From contig OZ245817.1 of assembly GCA_965228475.1 (NCBI GenBank), positions 2,080,001-2,144,000 on the forward strand: 64,000 bases of DNA, in the 5' to 3' direction. Made by a program: the position numbers and the translations under genes. This DNA comes from Myxococcota bacterium (GTDB taxonomy: Bacteria > Myxococcota_A > UBA9160 > JAFDDA01). Position 1 is the stretch's first letter; each line of letters opens with the position of its first letter. The notes beneath the pieces are model-generated. The model saw only the letters and a program-made list of their open reading frames with translations, was not told the origin of the DNA and ran no database searches. Shown here one piece after another: positions 22,401 to 30,674 of the stretch.

Positions 22401-22916
22401 GTGATCCTGCTCGACACGCCGGCCGGTCCGATCCGCCGGCCGAACGGCCTCGAACGCGCACGCATCCAGCTCCAGCGCCTGCGCCGCCTCGGCCCGGGCT
22501 ATCTCGTGACCTGGGCGCGCAACCGCGTGCGCTGGGAGCTCGAGCGCCTGACGCGGCGGGCGCCCGTGCCGGAGATCCAGGAGGTCACGCCGGCCGAGTT
22601 CCGCTCGGGGCAGATCGAGGGCGCCTTCCGCGAAGCGCTCGACCATTACACCCTCCGCCGGTACGAGGGCGGTGTGGCGCTCTTCCGGCCGGCGCTCGAC
22701 ACGTCCCACCCGCTCGGGCGCGGCCGGGTCGCGAACGAGCGGCGCGAGCTCGTCGACCCCCTGAACTTCTGGGGCCCCTACGCCGAATCGGTGCACCTCG
22801 AGGAGGTGCCGGGCGATCACGACGGCATGGTGCTCGAGCCCTACGTGCGGGTGCTCGGCGCGAAGATGCGCGCCGTGATCGAAGCGGCCCAGGCTGCCGC
22901 CGGGAATGTCCGCTAA
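16485..22916 (+). CDS. Type I PKS module KS-AT-KR(DH)-ACP-TE
   Basis: KS QTACSTS, HGTGT, NIGHL; AT GHSMG and VAAHS; KR GGLGGIG and DYTGAN; DH HPLLD, EHRLKDGRAVWPG and HPALLD; ACP FFELGGHSL; TE GFSGG and GDH; GTGA overlap with the NRPS. Confidence 0.93.
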   Translation: MSDEKKREQEEAGLEEGAGNEIAVVGMALRVPGADTPEAYWENLRSGTESIRHWTVEELEEAGVAPELLRDPRYVRASGVLDDISGFDAGFFGVSAKDAGIMDPQHRLFLECAWEALERTGHTATGFPGAVGVFGGCGMGTYFIHNILSNPDLVNSVGWFLLRHTNNDKDFLSTFVSYKMNLTGPSVNVQTACSTSLVAIHAACQSLLSRECDMALAGGSTLNVPHEVGYLYQEGEILSPDGHCRAFDAQSAGTVFGNGSGVVALRRLEDAIEDGDPIRAIIRGSAINNDGSQKAGYLAPSVEGQAAAIAEAISVAGVSAEEIGYVEAHGTGTSVGDPIEVAALTQAFRETSEGKGYCGLGSVKPNIGHLDTAAGVASFIKVVLALEHGEIPPSPHYERPNPAIDFDTSPFYVNAEHRVWESEAPRIAGVSSLGVGGTNAHVILEEPPPPEPSGAGRAVQLLPLSARTPAALAEASQRLAEHLRANPDVPLADAAWTLQVGRKPLDHRKGVVCRTVEEAIARLETPDKRTVASGQVAGPSPSTAFLLPGGGAQYPRMGLGLYEDEPIVREHVDRGLEILRTRFDLDLRDVWFPEDAGLEAAAETFQRPALQLPAIFILEYALAKLWMSFGVKPQALIGHSMGENTAACLAGVMSFEDALGLVTLRGRLFETTEPGGMMSLSLPADRAAEYVAEDTVLASVNGPSLCVISGSDAAIDRLEKRLAEDEVDHQRVRISVAAHSPLLDPILEEFGAYLRSIELHPPEIPIVSNRTGTWLSDDQATNPDYWVQHLRHTVHFADGVGTLLETPGRVLLEVGPGKTLGSLARQHASASPGQPVVSSLRHPEEAIADADFFHLALGRVWIGGASVDWEQYHRGEDRQRLTLPTYPFERQRYWIEPGTARYEAPAPVLPIEKLTDPDDWFRRPAWHTAPPPGKSAAEEEPRTWLFFLDAAGIGSELVARLRGAGHRVVTVKEGDAFYRFGDDDFALAPEAGRDGYDQLVQALNESEALPDRIVHLWLVTADESARAGSSFFHRNQERGFYSLLFLMQALAGEDSSGARRIDLLSTGLHSVSGEALPHPDKATVFGPLRVIPHEFPEVRCRNVDVEVPGAERASGEGSPMAALLDRLLGELGEGATADVVAYRGDVRFEQTLEKLAPETLEAGGTPLRDGGAYLVTGGLGGIGFAVAEQLAERAKARLVLLSRRGFPEREAWDAWLERHGERDGTSERIRRIRRLEAAGAEVWVATGDVANIERMREVVREAEARFGPLHGVFHAAGTIEDGVIPMKSPEAAERVFTPKVHGTLVFAELFADSALDFLVLFSSTSTVLGPPGQVDYTGANAFLDAFAASRRGAPGPRTVTVGWGVWNEVGMARQIQRGLRGDDVDAGAEHLRVAHPLLDERIDLGGGRTLYASELSPQDRWVLDEHRLKDGRAVWPGTGYLELARAAASDLLEGAAFGLEGVQFLAPLEVPDDGERRIELELERDGDVLRFEIRSRDLDAEEGASAEPVLHAQGRVRPGAPEPAASLDVPTLAAACTGDLREGTDLASDQDVLLAFGPRWRCLERTGFGEGRALARLALSSEFSRDLDDHHLHPALLDLATGFALRLVPGYEPGEQLYVPLSYDRVAIHAPLERELVSHVRARRSNQAGGETAAFDVTLADLGGRVLVEVTGFTMRRIAGPRALEAAPPSAGPSGTSAAERVFLESFEAGIRVDEGMAALERILGHETPAQVLVSSIDLDLLRKRHAEVGAEEQAGAGVKFARPSLASEYVEPRDEIEEALVALWEELLGVDPIGVEDDFFELGGHSLIAVRLFAAIKKKYGVEFPLSVLFDAPTVAACAELLREEVGEASEGEAPKRRRRAYDFLVPMNDVKEATKAPFFLVSGMFGNVLNLRHLAAHLGEDQPVFAIQARGLYGDEEPHTRFEDMARDYLREIRTVQPEGPYFLGGFSGGGLTAFEMAHQLRAEGEEVATVILLDTPAGPIRRPNGLERARIQLQRLRRLGPGYLVTWARNRVRWELERLTRRAPVPEIQEVTPAEFRSGQIEGAFREALDHYTLRRYEGGVALFRPALDTSHPLGRGRVANERRELVDPLNFWGPYAESVHLEEVPGDHDGMVLEPYVRVLGAKMRAVIEAAQAAAGNVR

Positions 22917-23616
22917 CCCTCCGGTTCGCATGCCGGACCTCGTCCATACCCCTTCGATGCCGGGCCTCGACGTCTCCGGGCTCTTCGACGGAGCGCCCGG
23001 CGTCCGCGTCGCGGCGGCGCCGACGTCGACCCCGGTCGAGACGCTCCTGGCCGAGGAGCAGGCGCTCGTCGCGCGGGCCGTCGAGGTGCGGCGCCGGGAG
23101 TTCGCGACCGGACGCCGCCTCGCCCGGACCCTGCTCGCGGAGGCCGGCTGGCCCGAGGCTCCGCTCCTGCGCGATGCGGACCGCGTGCCGCTCTGGCCCG
23201 AGGGCGCGCTCGGCTGCATCTCCCACACGCGCGAATGGTGTGTCGTCGCGGTCGCTTCGTGCGACGACGTCACGGCCCTCGGCGTCGACGTCGAGCCGGA
23301 CACGCCGCTCGAGCCGGCGCTCTGGCCGCGCATCGCGACGCACGCCGAGCGCGAATGGCTGTCGCGTCAGCCCGAGGCCGAGCGCGGCCGTCTCGCCCAC
23401 GGGATCTTCGTCGTGAAGGAGTGCGTGTACAAGGCGGCGTTCCCGTCGCGGCGGGAGCGCTGGGGGTTCCAGGACGTCGAGACCGCGCTCGAGCCCATCG
23501 CGGGCCGCTTCAGGGCCGAGACCCCGGGCTTCGGTGCGGGCGAACGCCGCGTCGTCGAGGGCCGTCTGCTCCGCCGGGACGGGCAGTGGCTCGCGGGCCT
23601 GGCCGAGGCGCGCTGA
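22906..23616 (+). CDS. 4'-phosphopantetheinyl transferase (EntD-type)
   Basis: RRREFATGR, PLWPEGALGCISH, LGVDVE and FVVKECVYKA motifs; directly after the PKS. Confidence 0.93.
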   Translation: MSANPPVRMPDLVHTPSMPGLDVSGLFDGAPGVRVAAAPTSTPVETLLAEEQALVARAVEVRRREFATGRRLARTLLAEAGWPEAPLLRDADRVPLWPEGALGCISHTREWCVVAVASCDDVTALGVDVEPDTPLEPALWPRIATHAEREWLSRQPEAERGRLAHGIFVVKECVYKAAFPSRRERWGFQDVETALEPIAGRFRAETPGFGAGERRVVEGRLLRRDGQWLAGLAEAR

Positions 23617-24735
23617 GTGGGACGCACCGCCGCGAAGTTCGGACTGCTCGCGCTGCTGATGCTCCTGCCCCTCGAGCTCACCTCCTGCGTTGGCGGCAAC
23701 CTGCTGGCCGCGCGCGGGGTCGTCTATCGCGCGCCGGGGAGCGAGGGCTACGCCCGCTACCTCGAGCGGCGGGATCCGCTGCTCGGCTGGCCGAGCCCGG
23801 CCTCGCTCGGCGGCGAACAGTACGACTCGCGCGGTGCGCGCCGCGTGGGCCCGGGCGCGGCGGACCCGGCCGAGCCGCCCTGCATGGCCGTCTTCGGGGA
23901 CTCCTTCACCTTCGGCGACGAGGTCGAGGCCGAGGAGGCCTACGCCGAAGTGCTCGGGGCGGCGCTCGGCTGCCGCGTCGCGAACTACGGCGTCGGCGGG
24001 TACGGCAGCGACCAGGCGTTGCTCCGCCATCGCCACCGCTTCGAGGAGCCGGCGCAGGTCGTGCTGCTCGCCCACTACACCGAGAACGTGATCCGCAACG
24101 TGAACCGCTACCGGGGCTTCCTGACCGGGGGCGGCTTCGGCTGGAAGCCGCGCTTCGTCTCCGCCGGAGACGGCCCGCTCACCCCGCTCGATCTGCCGAC
24201 CCCGGCGGAAGAGGAGCTCCCGCGCTTCGGCTACGGGGACCCGCTCGAGCACGAGTACTTCACGCCGGGCGGGCCCGCGGGAATCGTCGCGCTGCGTTTC
24301 CCGTACACGCTCTCGATGCTGCGGGTGATCGGGCAGTACCGCGTCCGCGCGGCCCTTCGCGGCGAGCTCAGCTACGCGCCGTTCTACCGGCCCGAGCATC
24401 CTTCCGGCGCCATGACCCTGACGGCGGACATCCTCGAGACCTTCGTGCGCGACGCCCGCGCCCGGGGACAGCGGCCCCTCGTGATGGTGATCCCCGACGA
24501 GCGGGACCTCGTCGCGGTGCGCGGCGGCGAGCCGCTGCCCTACGAGCCCCTGCTCGAGGAGCTCGCGCGGCGCGGGATCGAGACGCCGCGCCTGGCCGAC
24601 GCGCTCCTCGCGGGTCTCGGCGAGGAAACACCCTGCGCGCTCTACCTGAGTTGCGGCGGCGCCCACATGAACCCCCGCGGCCACCGCGCGATCGCGGACG
24701 CGCTCGAGAGCATCGTCCGGCCTCTCCTTCGCTAA
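23617..24735 (+). CDS. Membrane-anchored SGNH/GDSL-fold protein (possible acyltransferase/esterase)
   Basis: N-terminal hydrophobic helix; FGDSFTFG, NYGVGGYG, YTEN and AHMNPRGH blocks. Confidence 0.75.
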   Translation: MGRTAAKFGLLALLMLLPLELTSCVGGNLLAARGVVYRAPGSEGYARYLERRDPLLGWPSPASLGGEQYDSRGARRVGPGAADPAEPPCMAVFGDSFTFGDEVEAEEAYAEVLGAALGCRVANYGVGGYGSDQALLRHRHRFEEPAQVVLLAHYTENVIRNVNRYRGFLTGGGFGWKPRFVSAGDGPLTPLDLPTPAEEELPRFGYGDPLEHEYFTPGGPAGIVALRFPYTLSMLRVIGQYRVRAALRGELSYAPFYRPEHPSGAMTLTADILETFVRDARARGQRPLVMVIPDERDLVAVRGGEPLPYEPLLEELARRGIETPRLADALLAGLGEETPCALYLSCGGAHMNPRGHRAIADALESIVRPLLR

Positions 24736-25811
24736 ACGCGGGGCGGCGCGATGCGTTCGTCGTAGTGGGAGACGATCGTCTGCCAGAGGCGCACGACCTC
24801 GCGGGCGGCGTGGGGCGTCACGGCGGCCTCCCGTCCGGCGCGGGCGGCCGCGAAGAAGTCGGCGAGTTCGCGGTAGTGCGACGTCGCCTCGACGGGCTCC
24901 GGTCCGGGCCGGGAGAGACGGAGCCTGTGCAGGGCGCGCCGCCCGGCGTGGGCGAGCAGCCCGGGCATCTCCTGGCGCACCTGGGTGGGCGTGGCGGTCA
25001 GTTCCGTGATCCGACCGAAGGGATACACGATGCGGTGGCCCTGGGTCCCGGCCAGCACGAGGCTCGTCGGGATCTCGGTGTTGAAGCTGTACCAGACGTG
25101 GGCCGTCTGCTGACCGTCGCGGCTCGCGAAGTCGACGCGCAGTTCGTCGATGCCGAAGTCGACGTCCTCGAAGCCGGCCGGTCCGATCTGGTGGCCGAGC
25201 TTGCGGGCGTCGACGTGGAGAACCTCGAGGTCCGGGATCACCTCGACGAGCAGGCAGAGCGCGTGGGGCAGCGTCTCGCCCATGCGTCCGCCGGCGGTCC
25301 GGTAGTACCACGGGTCGGGGACGAAGAGCTGGTGCCGCAGGGCCGCCGTGTACTGCACGGAGCACAGCGAGCCGATCTCACCCCGGGCGAGCAGGCCGCG
25401 CAGCGCGTCGATGCTCGGGTTGAAGAGCTCGTTGTGGATGACCGAGAGCGTGCGGCCGGTTTCGCGGGCGCGCTCGACCACGCGATCGGCCTCGGCGAGG
25501 TCGTAGCTGAAGGGCTTTTCGACGAGGACGTGCAGGCCGGCGTCGAGGGCCGCGAGGGCGAGGGCCGCGTGGGATTCGGGCGGCGTCAGGACGAGGACGG
25601 CGTCGAGGCCCGCCTCGGCGAAGAGGGCCTTGGCGTCCCGGTAGCGCGAGGCGATGCCGAAGGCGTCGCCGACCTCGGCCATGCGCGCTTCGTCCGTGTC
25701 GCAGAGCGCGACGGCTTCGACGCCGGGCAGCGCGCGGAGGCACGGCAGGTGGAGTTCGCGGGCGGCCAGCCCGCAGCCCACGAGGCCGACACGAAGCGCG
25801 TCGCTAGCCAC
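24732..25811 (-). CDS. Gfo/Idh/MocA family oxidoreductase
   Basis: VGLVGCG, LTPPESH and HVLVEKP motifs. Confidence 0.85.
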   Translation of the reverse strand: MASDALRVGLVGCGLAARELHLPCLRALPGVEAVALCDTDEARMAEVGDAFGIASRYRDAKALFAEAGLDAVLVLTPPESHAALALAALDAGLHVLVEKPFSYDLAEADRVVERARETGRTLSVIHNELFNPSIDALRGLLARGEIGSLCSVQYTAALRHQLFVPDPWYYRTAGGRMGETLPHALCLLVEVIPDLEVLHVDARKLGHQIGPAGFEDVDFGIDELRVDFASRDGQQTAHVWYSFNTEIPTSLVLAGTQGHRIVYPFGRITELTATPTQVRQEMPGLLAHAGRRALHRLRLSRPGPEPVEATSHYRELADFFAAARAGREAAVTPHAAREVVRLWQTIVSHYDERIAPPRV

Positions 25812-26727
25812 GGCCCGGGTCCTCGGGCTTGCGGGCGACGAAGGTGATCGACCCCGCCATCTCGGTCTCGCGTGTGTGCCGGTCGGGGCCCGGCTTGCGC
25901 GCGACCCGCCGGGCCACGCCCGAGGCGGCGCGGAAGGCGGCGTCGAGCGTCTTCAGCCCGAGCCGCGCGGCCCAGGCGAAGGGCTTGCCCTCCGGTCCCG
26001 GCGGAAACGCCATCTCCGGAATCGCATCCGTCCAGCGCCAGTCCGGCCACAGGCGCTCGACTTCGAAACCGGCCATGCGCAGGGTCCAGAGCAGTCCGGC
26101 GTGGCTCATGTGATGGAAACTCGCGCGGTCGTGGAACTTGTAGACGAAGGCGGCGGTGCCGAGGAAGAGCCCGCCGGGCCGGAGCACGCGGAAGCCTTCG
26201 CGCGCAGCGAGCAGCGGCGAGGCCAGGTGCTCGTAGACGGCGAGCGAGAGGTAGAGGTCGAAGGAGCCGTCGGTGATCGGGAGGTTGTGCGCGTCCACCT
26301 GGACGTGGGGCCCGATGCCGCGGTGGTCGACGTCGGCTCCGACGTAGTGGAAGCCGCGCGGTGCGAACCAGCTCTCGCACTGACGCTCGCCGCAGCCGAC
26401 CTCGAGCACCCAGCGGCCGTTGCCCTCCTCGCCGGGAATCGTCGCGAGGTGCCGGTCGAGGTGATAGGGGAGGTCGCGAGCCCGGTCGGCCGGAAGCGGC
26501 TCCGGGGGGTCGAAGCGCAGGCCGTCGAGCTCCTCCCAGGGTTCCCACCAGGGCAGGTCGAGGGAGAGCCGCTCGGGCGCGACGCGCAGGTCCGGGACGT
26601 CGCCGGTCACCGGGTAGATCTGCGAGCCGCTGGCGGTCCGCACCGAGTTCCCCGCCCGCTCGAGCGGCTGCCCGGTCCGCGGGCAGCGGAGGCGCGGCAG
26701 GATCTCTTCCAGGGTCAGTCCGGGCAT
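25804..26727 (-). CDS. Class I SAM-dependent methyltransferase with a Trm112-like N-terminus
   Basis: LRCPRTGQPL..YPV.GDVPDL; motif I VLEVGCG; DAHNLP, VYEHL and RVLRPGG; start placed at MPGLT. Confidence 0.85.
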   Translation of the reverse strand: MPGLTLEEILPRLRCPRTGQPLERAGNSVRTASGSQIYPVTGDVPDLRVAPERLSLDLPWWEPWEELDGLRFDPPEPLPADRARDLPYHLDRHLATIPGEEGNGRWVLEVGCGERQCESWFAPRGFHYVGADVDHRGIGPHVQVDAHNLPITDGSFDLYLSLAVYEHLASPLLAAREGFRVLRPGGLFLGTAAFVYKFHDRASFHHMSHAGLLWTLRMAGFEVERLWPDWRWTDAIPEMAFPPGPEGKPFAWAARLGLKTLDAAFRAASGVARRVARKPGPDRHTRETEMAGSITFVARKPEDPGRG

Positions 26728-26927
26728 GCTCGCTGGGCGGTCTCCTGGGTTCCGGCGCCGGGCGTGCACGCCCGGGGGCCGCGATGGTGCCCGAAGCTCC
26801 AGCAGGGCGCATCGGTGGATGGGGCTCGCAGGCTGAGGTTTCGCGAGCCGGGCCGCTTCCGGCCGGTGATTTCCTCAGGGTTTCTCCGATTCGAGCCGAC
26901 CCGGAAGGCTAGGATTCGAACGCCGCG

Positions 26928-27773
26928 ATGAACGAAACTCACGCCAGGCCCAAGCCGTCCTCCACCCCTGAATCGGGCACCGGCGGTCCCCTCGAGGCCG
27001 CGGGCCGCGCGCCCGCGTTCCCCGGGAGCGAGCGGGACGTCCCGATTCTCGGCGTCCCGATCTCGGACTGGACGATGGAAGAGGCGCTCGCCTGGGTCGA
27101 GAGCCTGCTCGTCGCCGGCGGCGGGCCGACCCACCCGGTCTTCTTCGCGAACGCCCACACCCTGAACCTGGCCTGCGAAGACCCGGGCTACCGGGAGGTG
27201 CTCTGCTCGGCGGAGCGGGTCTTCGGCGACGGGACGGGCGTGCGCTGGGCCGCGCGCATCCTGCACGGCCACCGCCTGCGGGACAACGTCAACGGAACCG
27301 ATCTGGTTCCGGAGCTCTTCCGCCGCTTCGCGGGCCGGGGCTTCCGCTACTACCTGCTCGGCGCGAGCGAGGCCGCGAACGCGCGCGCGGCGGCCCATGC
27401 CCGGGAGGCCTTCCCGGGCTGGGAGCTCGCCGGCCACCACCACGGCTACCTCGACGACGCCGGCTCGCAGGCCGCGATCGAACGCATCAACGCGGTGAAG
27501 CCGCACCTCCTGATGGTCGGCATGGGCAACCCGCTCCAGGAGCGCTGGCTCGCCCGCCATCGCGAGCAGCTCGACGTTCGCGTCTGCATGGGCACGGGGG
27601 GGCTGTTCGACTATTGGGCCGGCGACCTCGACCGGGCACCCGCCTGGGTGCGGCGCCTCGGCTTCGAGTGGCTCCACCTGCTGCGACGCCAGCCGGCCAA
27701 AGCCCGGCGGTACGTGCTCGGGAATCCGGTGTTCCTGGCTCGGCTGATCCGCGCCCGCTGGTTCTCGCGGTGA
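26928..27773 (+). CDS. WecB/TagA/CpsF family glycosyltransferase (GT26)
   Basis: FANAH, DGTGV, NGTDL, VGMGNPLQE and EWLHLL..P..RRY motifs. Confidence 0.93.
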   Translation: MNETHARPKPSSTPESGTGGPLEAAGRAPAFPGSERDVPILGVPISDWTMEEALAWVESLLVAGGGPTHPVFFANAHTLNLACEDPGYREVLCSAERVFGDGTGVRWAARILHGHRLRDNVNGTDLVPELFRRFAGRGFRYYLLGASEAANARAAAHAREAFPGWELAGHHHGYLDDAGSQAAIERINAVKPHLLMVGMGNPLQERWLARHREQLDVRVCMGTGGLFDYWAGDLDRAPAWVRRLGFEWLHLLRRQPAKARRYVLGNPVFLARLIRARWFSR

Positions 27774-28654
27774 AGGGCAAGCCCGTTCGCTCGACCCGCT
27801 GGGTCGTCAAGAAGGCCGCGCGGCGTGCCTGCATGTGGGGCTCCTTCGCGACCGGGAGCCTCGCCGCGCGCGAGCGCTTCGCGGCCGCCCACGTCCGCGT
27901 CCTGACCTACCACCGCTTCGGCAACGAGCGCCACGACCCCTTCGCCGTCACCCCGGAGGCCTTCGACCGACAGATGGCCTGGCTGGCGAGCGAGGGCCGT
28001 GCGATCTCGCTCGCGGACCTCGGTGCCTTCCTCGGCGGGCAGGGGACGATCCGCTCCGGCTCGGTGCTCGTGACGATCGACGATGGCTTCGAGAGCGCGC
28101 TCACGGTCGCCGCACCCACCCTGGCCCGGCACGCCGTCCCGGCGGTGGCCTTCGTGACGACGAGCCTGGTCGGAAACGCCGAGGCCGGAGCGCGGCAGCC
28201 CGAGCGCTACCTCGACTGGCCGGAACTCCCCGAGCTCGAGCAGGCCGGGCTCGTGGTCGGCTCCCACAACCACACCCACCGCTCGCTGGCGAAGCTCCCG
28301 GCCGCGGAGATCCTCGACGAGGCCCGGCGCTCGCGCGGACTCCTGGGCGACTGTCTCGGCCGGCCGATCGAGTCCTTCGCCTACCCGTTCGGGACCCGGG
28401 CCGACTTCAACGAGGCCACCGCGCGGGCACTTCTCGAGAGCGGCTACGACTTCGGCTTCACCTCACGCCACGGGGTCGTCGCCGCCGATTCGCGTGCGAT
28501 CGAACTCCCGCGCGTGAAGGTCGAGGGCGGCGAGGATCTGGATCTCTTCCGGCTGCTCTGCCGCGGCGGCATGGACGCCTGGCAGGTCGTGGACGACGTC
28601 CTCTTCCGACTCCAGCAGAGCCGGAACGAGCAGGAGGTGGCGGCGGGCCCCTGA
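27770..28654 (+). CDS. Polysaccharide deacetylase (NodB/CE4)
   Basis: LTYH, TIDDG, GSHNHTH and FAYPFG motifs; GTG start overlapping the upstream TGA. Confidence 0.9.
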   Translation: MKGKPVRSTRWVVKKAARRACMWGSFATGSLAARERFAAAHVRVLTYHRFGNERHDPFAVTPEAFDRQMAWLASEGRAISLADLGAFLGGQGTIRSGSVLVTIDDGFESALTVAAPTLARHAVPAVAFVTTSLVGNAEAGARQPERYLDWPELPELEQAGLVVGSHNHTHRSLAKLPAAEILDEARRSRGLLGDCLGRPIESFAYPFGTRADFNEATARALLESGYDFGFTSRHGVVAADSRAIELPRVKVEGGEDLDLFRLLCRGGMDAWQVVDDVLFRLQQSRNEQEVAAGP

Positions 28655-28675
28655 ACGGCGCCCGCTCGGCGGCGC

Positions 28676-29578
28676 TCAGTGCGCGGCGCCGGGCCGGAGG
28701 CTGCGCAGGTAGTCGAAGAGCTGCCCGAAGCGCATGCGCGCGCGCTGCTTCTCCTGCACGAACTCGATGAAGGCCTCGTCGCGGCGTTCGTCCCGCCGGA
28801 GCCAGGCCCAGTGCCAGCCGAGGAAGAGCAGGATGCCGCCGATCACGCGCGGGTAGTCCTGGAGCGTGCTGCGCGTGCTTCGCACGAGGTTGTAGAGCCA
28901 GAGGTATCCGAAGCGGTAGTGGAGCCGGCCCATGTCGAAGCGGCTGCGGTAGACGTTGCTCTGGCGGCCGTCGATCGGGCGGTGGTGCAGGATTTCCTCT
29001 TCGATGAAGCTGCGCGTCTCGAAGCCCCGCATCTGGGCGTGGGTCTCGTCGATCATGTCCCAGCCCCGCACCGCCTCGAGCCCGCCGATGGCCTCCCAGC
29101 AGTGGCGGGCGTACATCTTCGCCGGGCCGCGCACGTGCTCGTCGTGGCACCACTCGATCTTCAAGCTGCCGTCGGGCTGCGGGAGGAAGGTCTTGCCGCT
29201 CGCGATGCCGAGCTTCGGATCGGCGTCGAAGCGGCGCAGCAGGTTCTCGAAGTAGTCGGGTTGAAAGGAGAGGTCGGCGTCGAGCTTCACGACGAAGTCC
29301 CAATCCGCGACGGTGCTCTCGGCGAGGCCCTCGTCGAAGGCGTGGACGACGCCTGCGCCGAGCTGGCGGAAGCCGCGGTCGCGGCGGTCGAAGAGCACGA
29401 TCCAATCGTGCTTGCGCGTGTACGCCTCGACGATTTCGCGCGTCCGGTCCGTCGAGCCGTCGTTCACGATGATCCACTGCATCGGACGGATCGTCTGGGC
29501 GACCATCGACGCGAGGGTCTTCCCGATCGTGTCCTCTTCGTTGCGCGCCGGCGTGACGACGACGTAGCGGTCCTTCAC
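28676..29578 (-). CDS. Glycosyltransferase family 2
   Basis: VVTPARNEE, VNDGSTD, KLDAD (DxD) and GWD motifs. Confidence 0.92.
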   Translation of the reverse strand: MKDRYVVVTPARNEEDTIGKTLASMVAQTIRPMQWIIVNDGSTDRTREIVEAYTRKHDWIVLFDRRDRGFRQLGAGVVHAFDEGLAESTVADWDFVVKLDADLSFQPDYFENLLRRFDADPKLGIASGKTFLPQPDGSLKIEWCHDEHVRGPAKMYARHCWEAIGGLEAVRGWDMIDETHAQMRGFETRSFIEEEILHHRPIDGRQSNVYRSRFDMGRLHYRFGYLWLYNLVRSTRSTLQDYPRVIGGILLFLGWHWAWLRRDERRDEAFIEFVQEKQRARMRFGQLFDYLRSLRPGAAH

Positions 29579-29579
29579 G

Positions 29580-30488
29580 CTAGCGCTCCCCCAGGACGCG
29601 GTGCTTCATGCGCCGCAGCCAGGGCAGGGCATTGCGCTGCACGTGCTCGACGGGCATCTGGACCCGCTTCAGCCATTCGCCGGGCCGGGGCTTGTAGATC
29701 GTGTCGTGGAACTCGCCATCCCAGTCGGCCGGGGCCTCCTCGGTGTAGTAGAAGCCGGCGAAGGAGTTCCGGGTGAAGCCGCTCGGGGCCTTCACGGCGC
29801 GGACGCCATGGAAGCTCTCGGTGGTCGTGTTGAACATCACCGCGCGGTTGAACGCGGGGGTCCAGGTGCCGAGGCACTCCTTCACGCGCGGATCCCACAG
29901 CTCGAACTCGCCTCCCCAGCTCTCCTGCCAGGCATCGGAGAGATAGACGATGATGTTGAGCCGGCGGTGCATCGTGCGCGCGGGGTTCATGTTGAAGTCG
30001 ACGTGGACGCCGAGATGCCCCTGCTTCCCCATGACCTGGATGCCGCCGCCGGCCAGCTCCGGGTCGGCGAGCAGGCGCGGGATGCCGGTGATCTGCGAGA
30101 GCGTGTCCAGAAAAACCGGGCTTGCGAGGAGCGCGTTCAGCCGCTTCACGGGCTCGGGGAAGATCTCGGAATCGGTGACCTGGACCTTCACGTCCTCGTT
30201 GACCCAGGTGAACTGGCGGCCGACCTCGCGCGCCTGGTCGAAGGTGGGGTAGGCGGCCGCGACCTGCCGGGCGAAGTCGGGCTTCAGGAGACCGTCGATG
30301 CAGACGTAATGGGTGGGACGATGGCTCGACCACTGCTCGGAGAGCGCGCGGACGTCCAGGGGGTTCAGGAGCTCCTGGAGCGTGGGGTCCTCGGGCGAGA
30401 CGTCGAGGGACGGGGCGTCGGGGCGAGGGGCCTCACCGTGCGCGGCGCTGGTGGGCGTCGACGGGTCGCTCCCGGGCTGGATGGACAT
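29580..30488 (-). CDS. 2OG-Fe(II) oxygenase (prolyl-hydroxylase-like)
   Basis: HVD...H facial triad (HVDFN, SFHGV), WGGEFEL and RNS; start placed at MSIQP (uncertain). Confidence 0.85.
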   Translation of the reverse strand: MSIQPGSDPSTPTSAAHGEAPRPDAPSLDVSPEDPTLQELLNPLDVRALSEQWSSHRPTHYVCIDGLLKPDFARQVAAAYPTFDQAREVGRQFTWVNEDVKVQVTDSEIFPEPVKRLNALLASPVFLDTLSQITGIPRLLADPELAGGGIQVMGKQGHLGVHVDFNMNPARTMHRRLNIIVYLSDAWQESWGGEFELWDPRVKECLGTWTPAFNRAVMFNTTTESFHGVRAVKAPSGFTRNSFAGFYYTEEAPADWDGEFHDTIYKPRPGEWLKRVQMPVEHVQRNALPWLRRMKHRVLGER

Positions 30489-30674
30489 GGCGGCAAACTC
30501 CTGCGACGAGTGTCCTGCGTCTTGCGACGAAGGGTGTCCTGCGGGGGGCGGCCACCGGGTGAGTGCCCGTCCGGGCCCCGAAGGGGTCACGAAATCGAGC
30601 CGCCTCGCGTCGAGGGCGCGGAAGGGCGGCTAAGACGCTAATTTTGCTACCGAAATTATCATCGAGGCGCGAGG

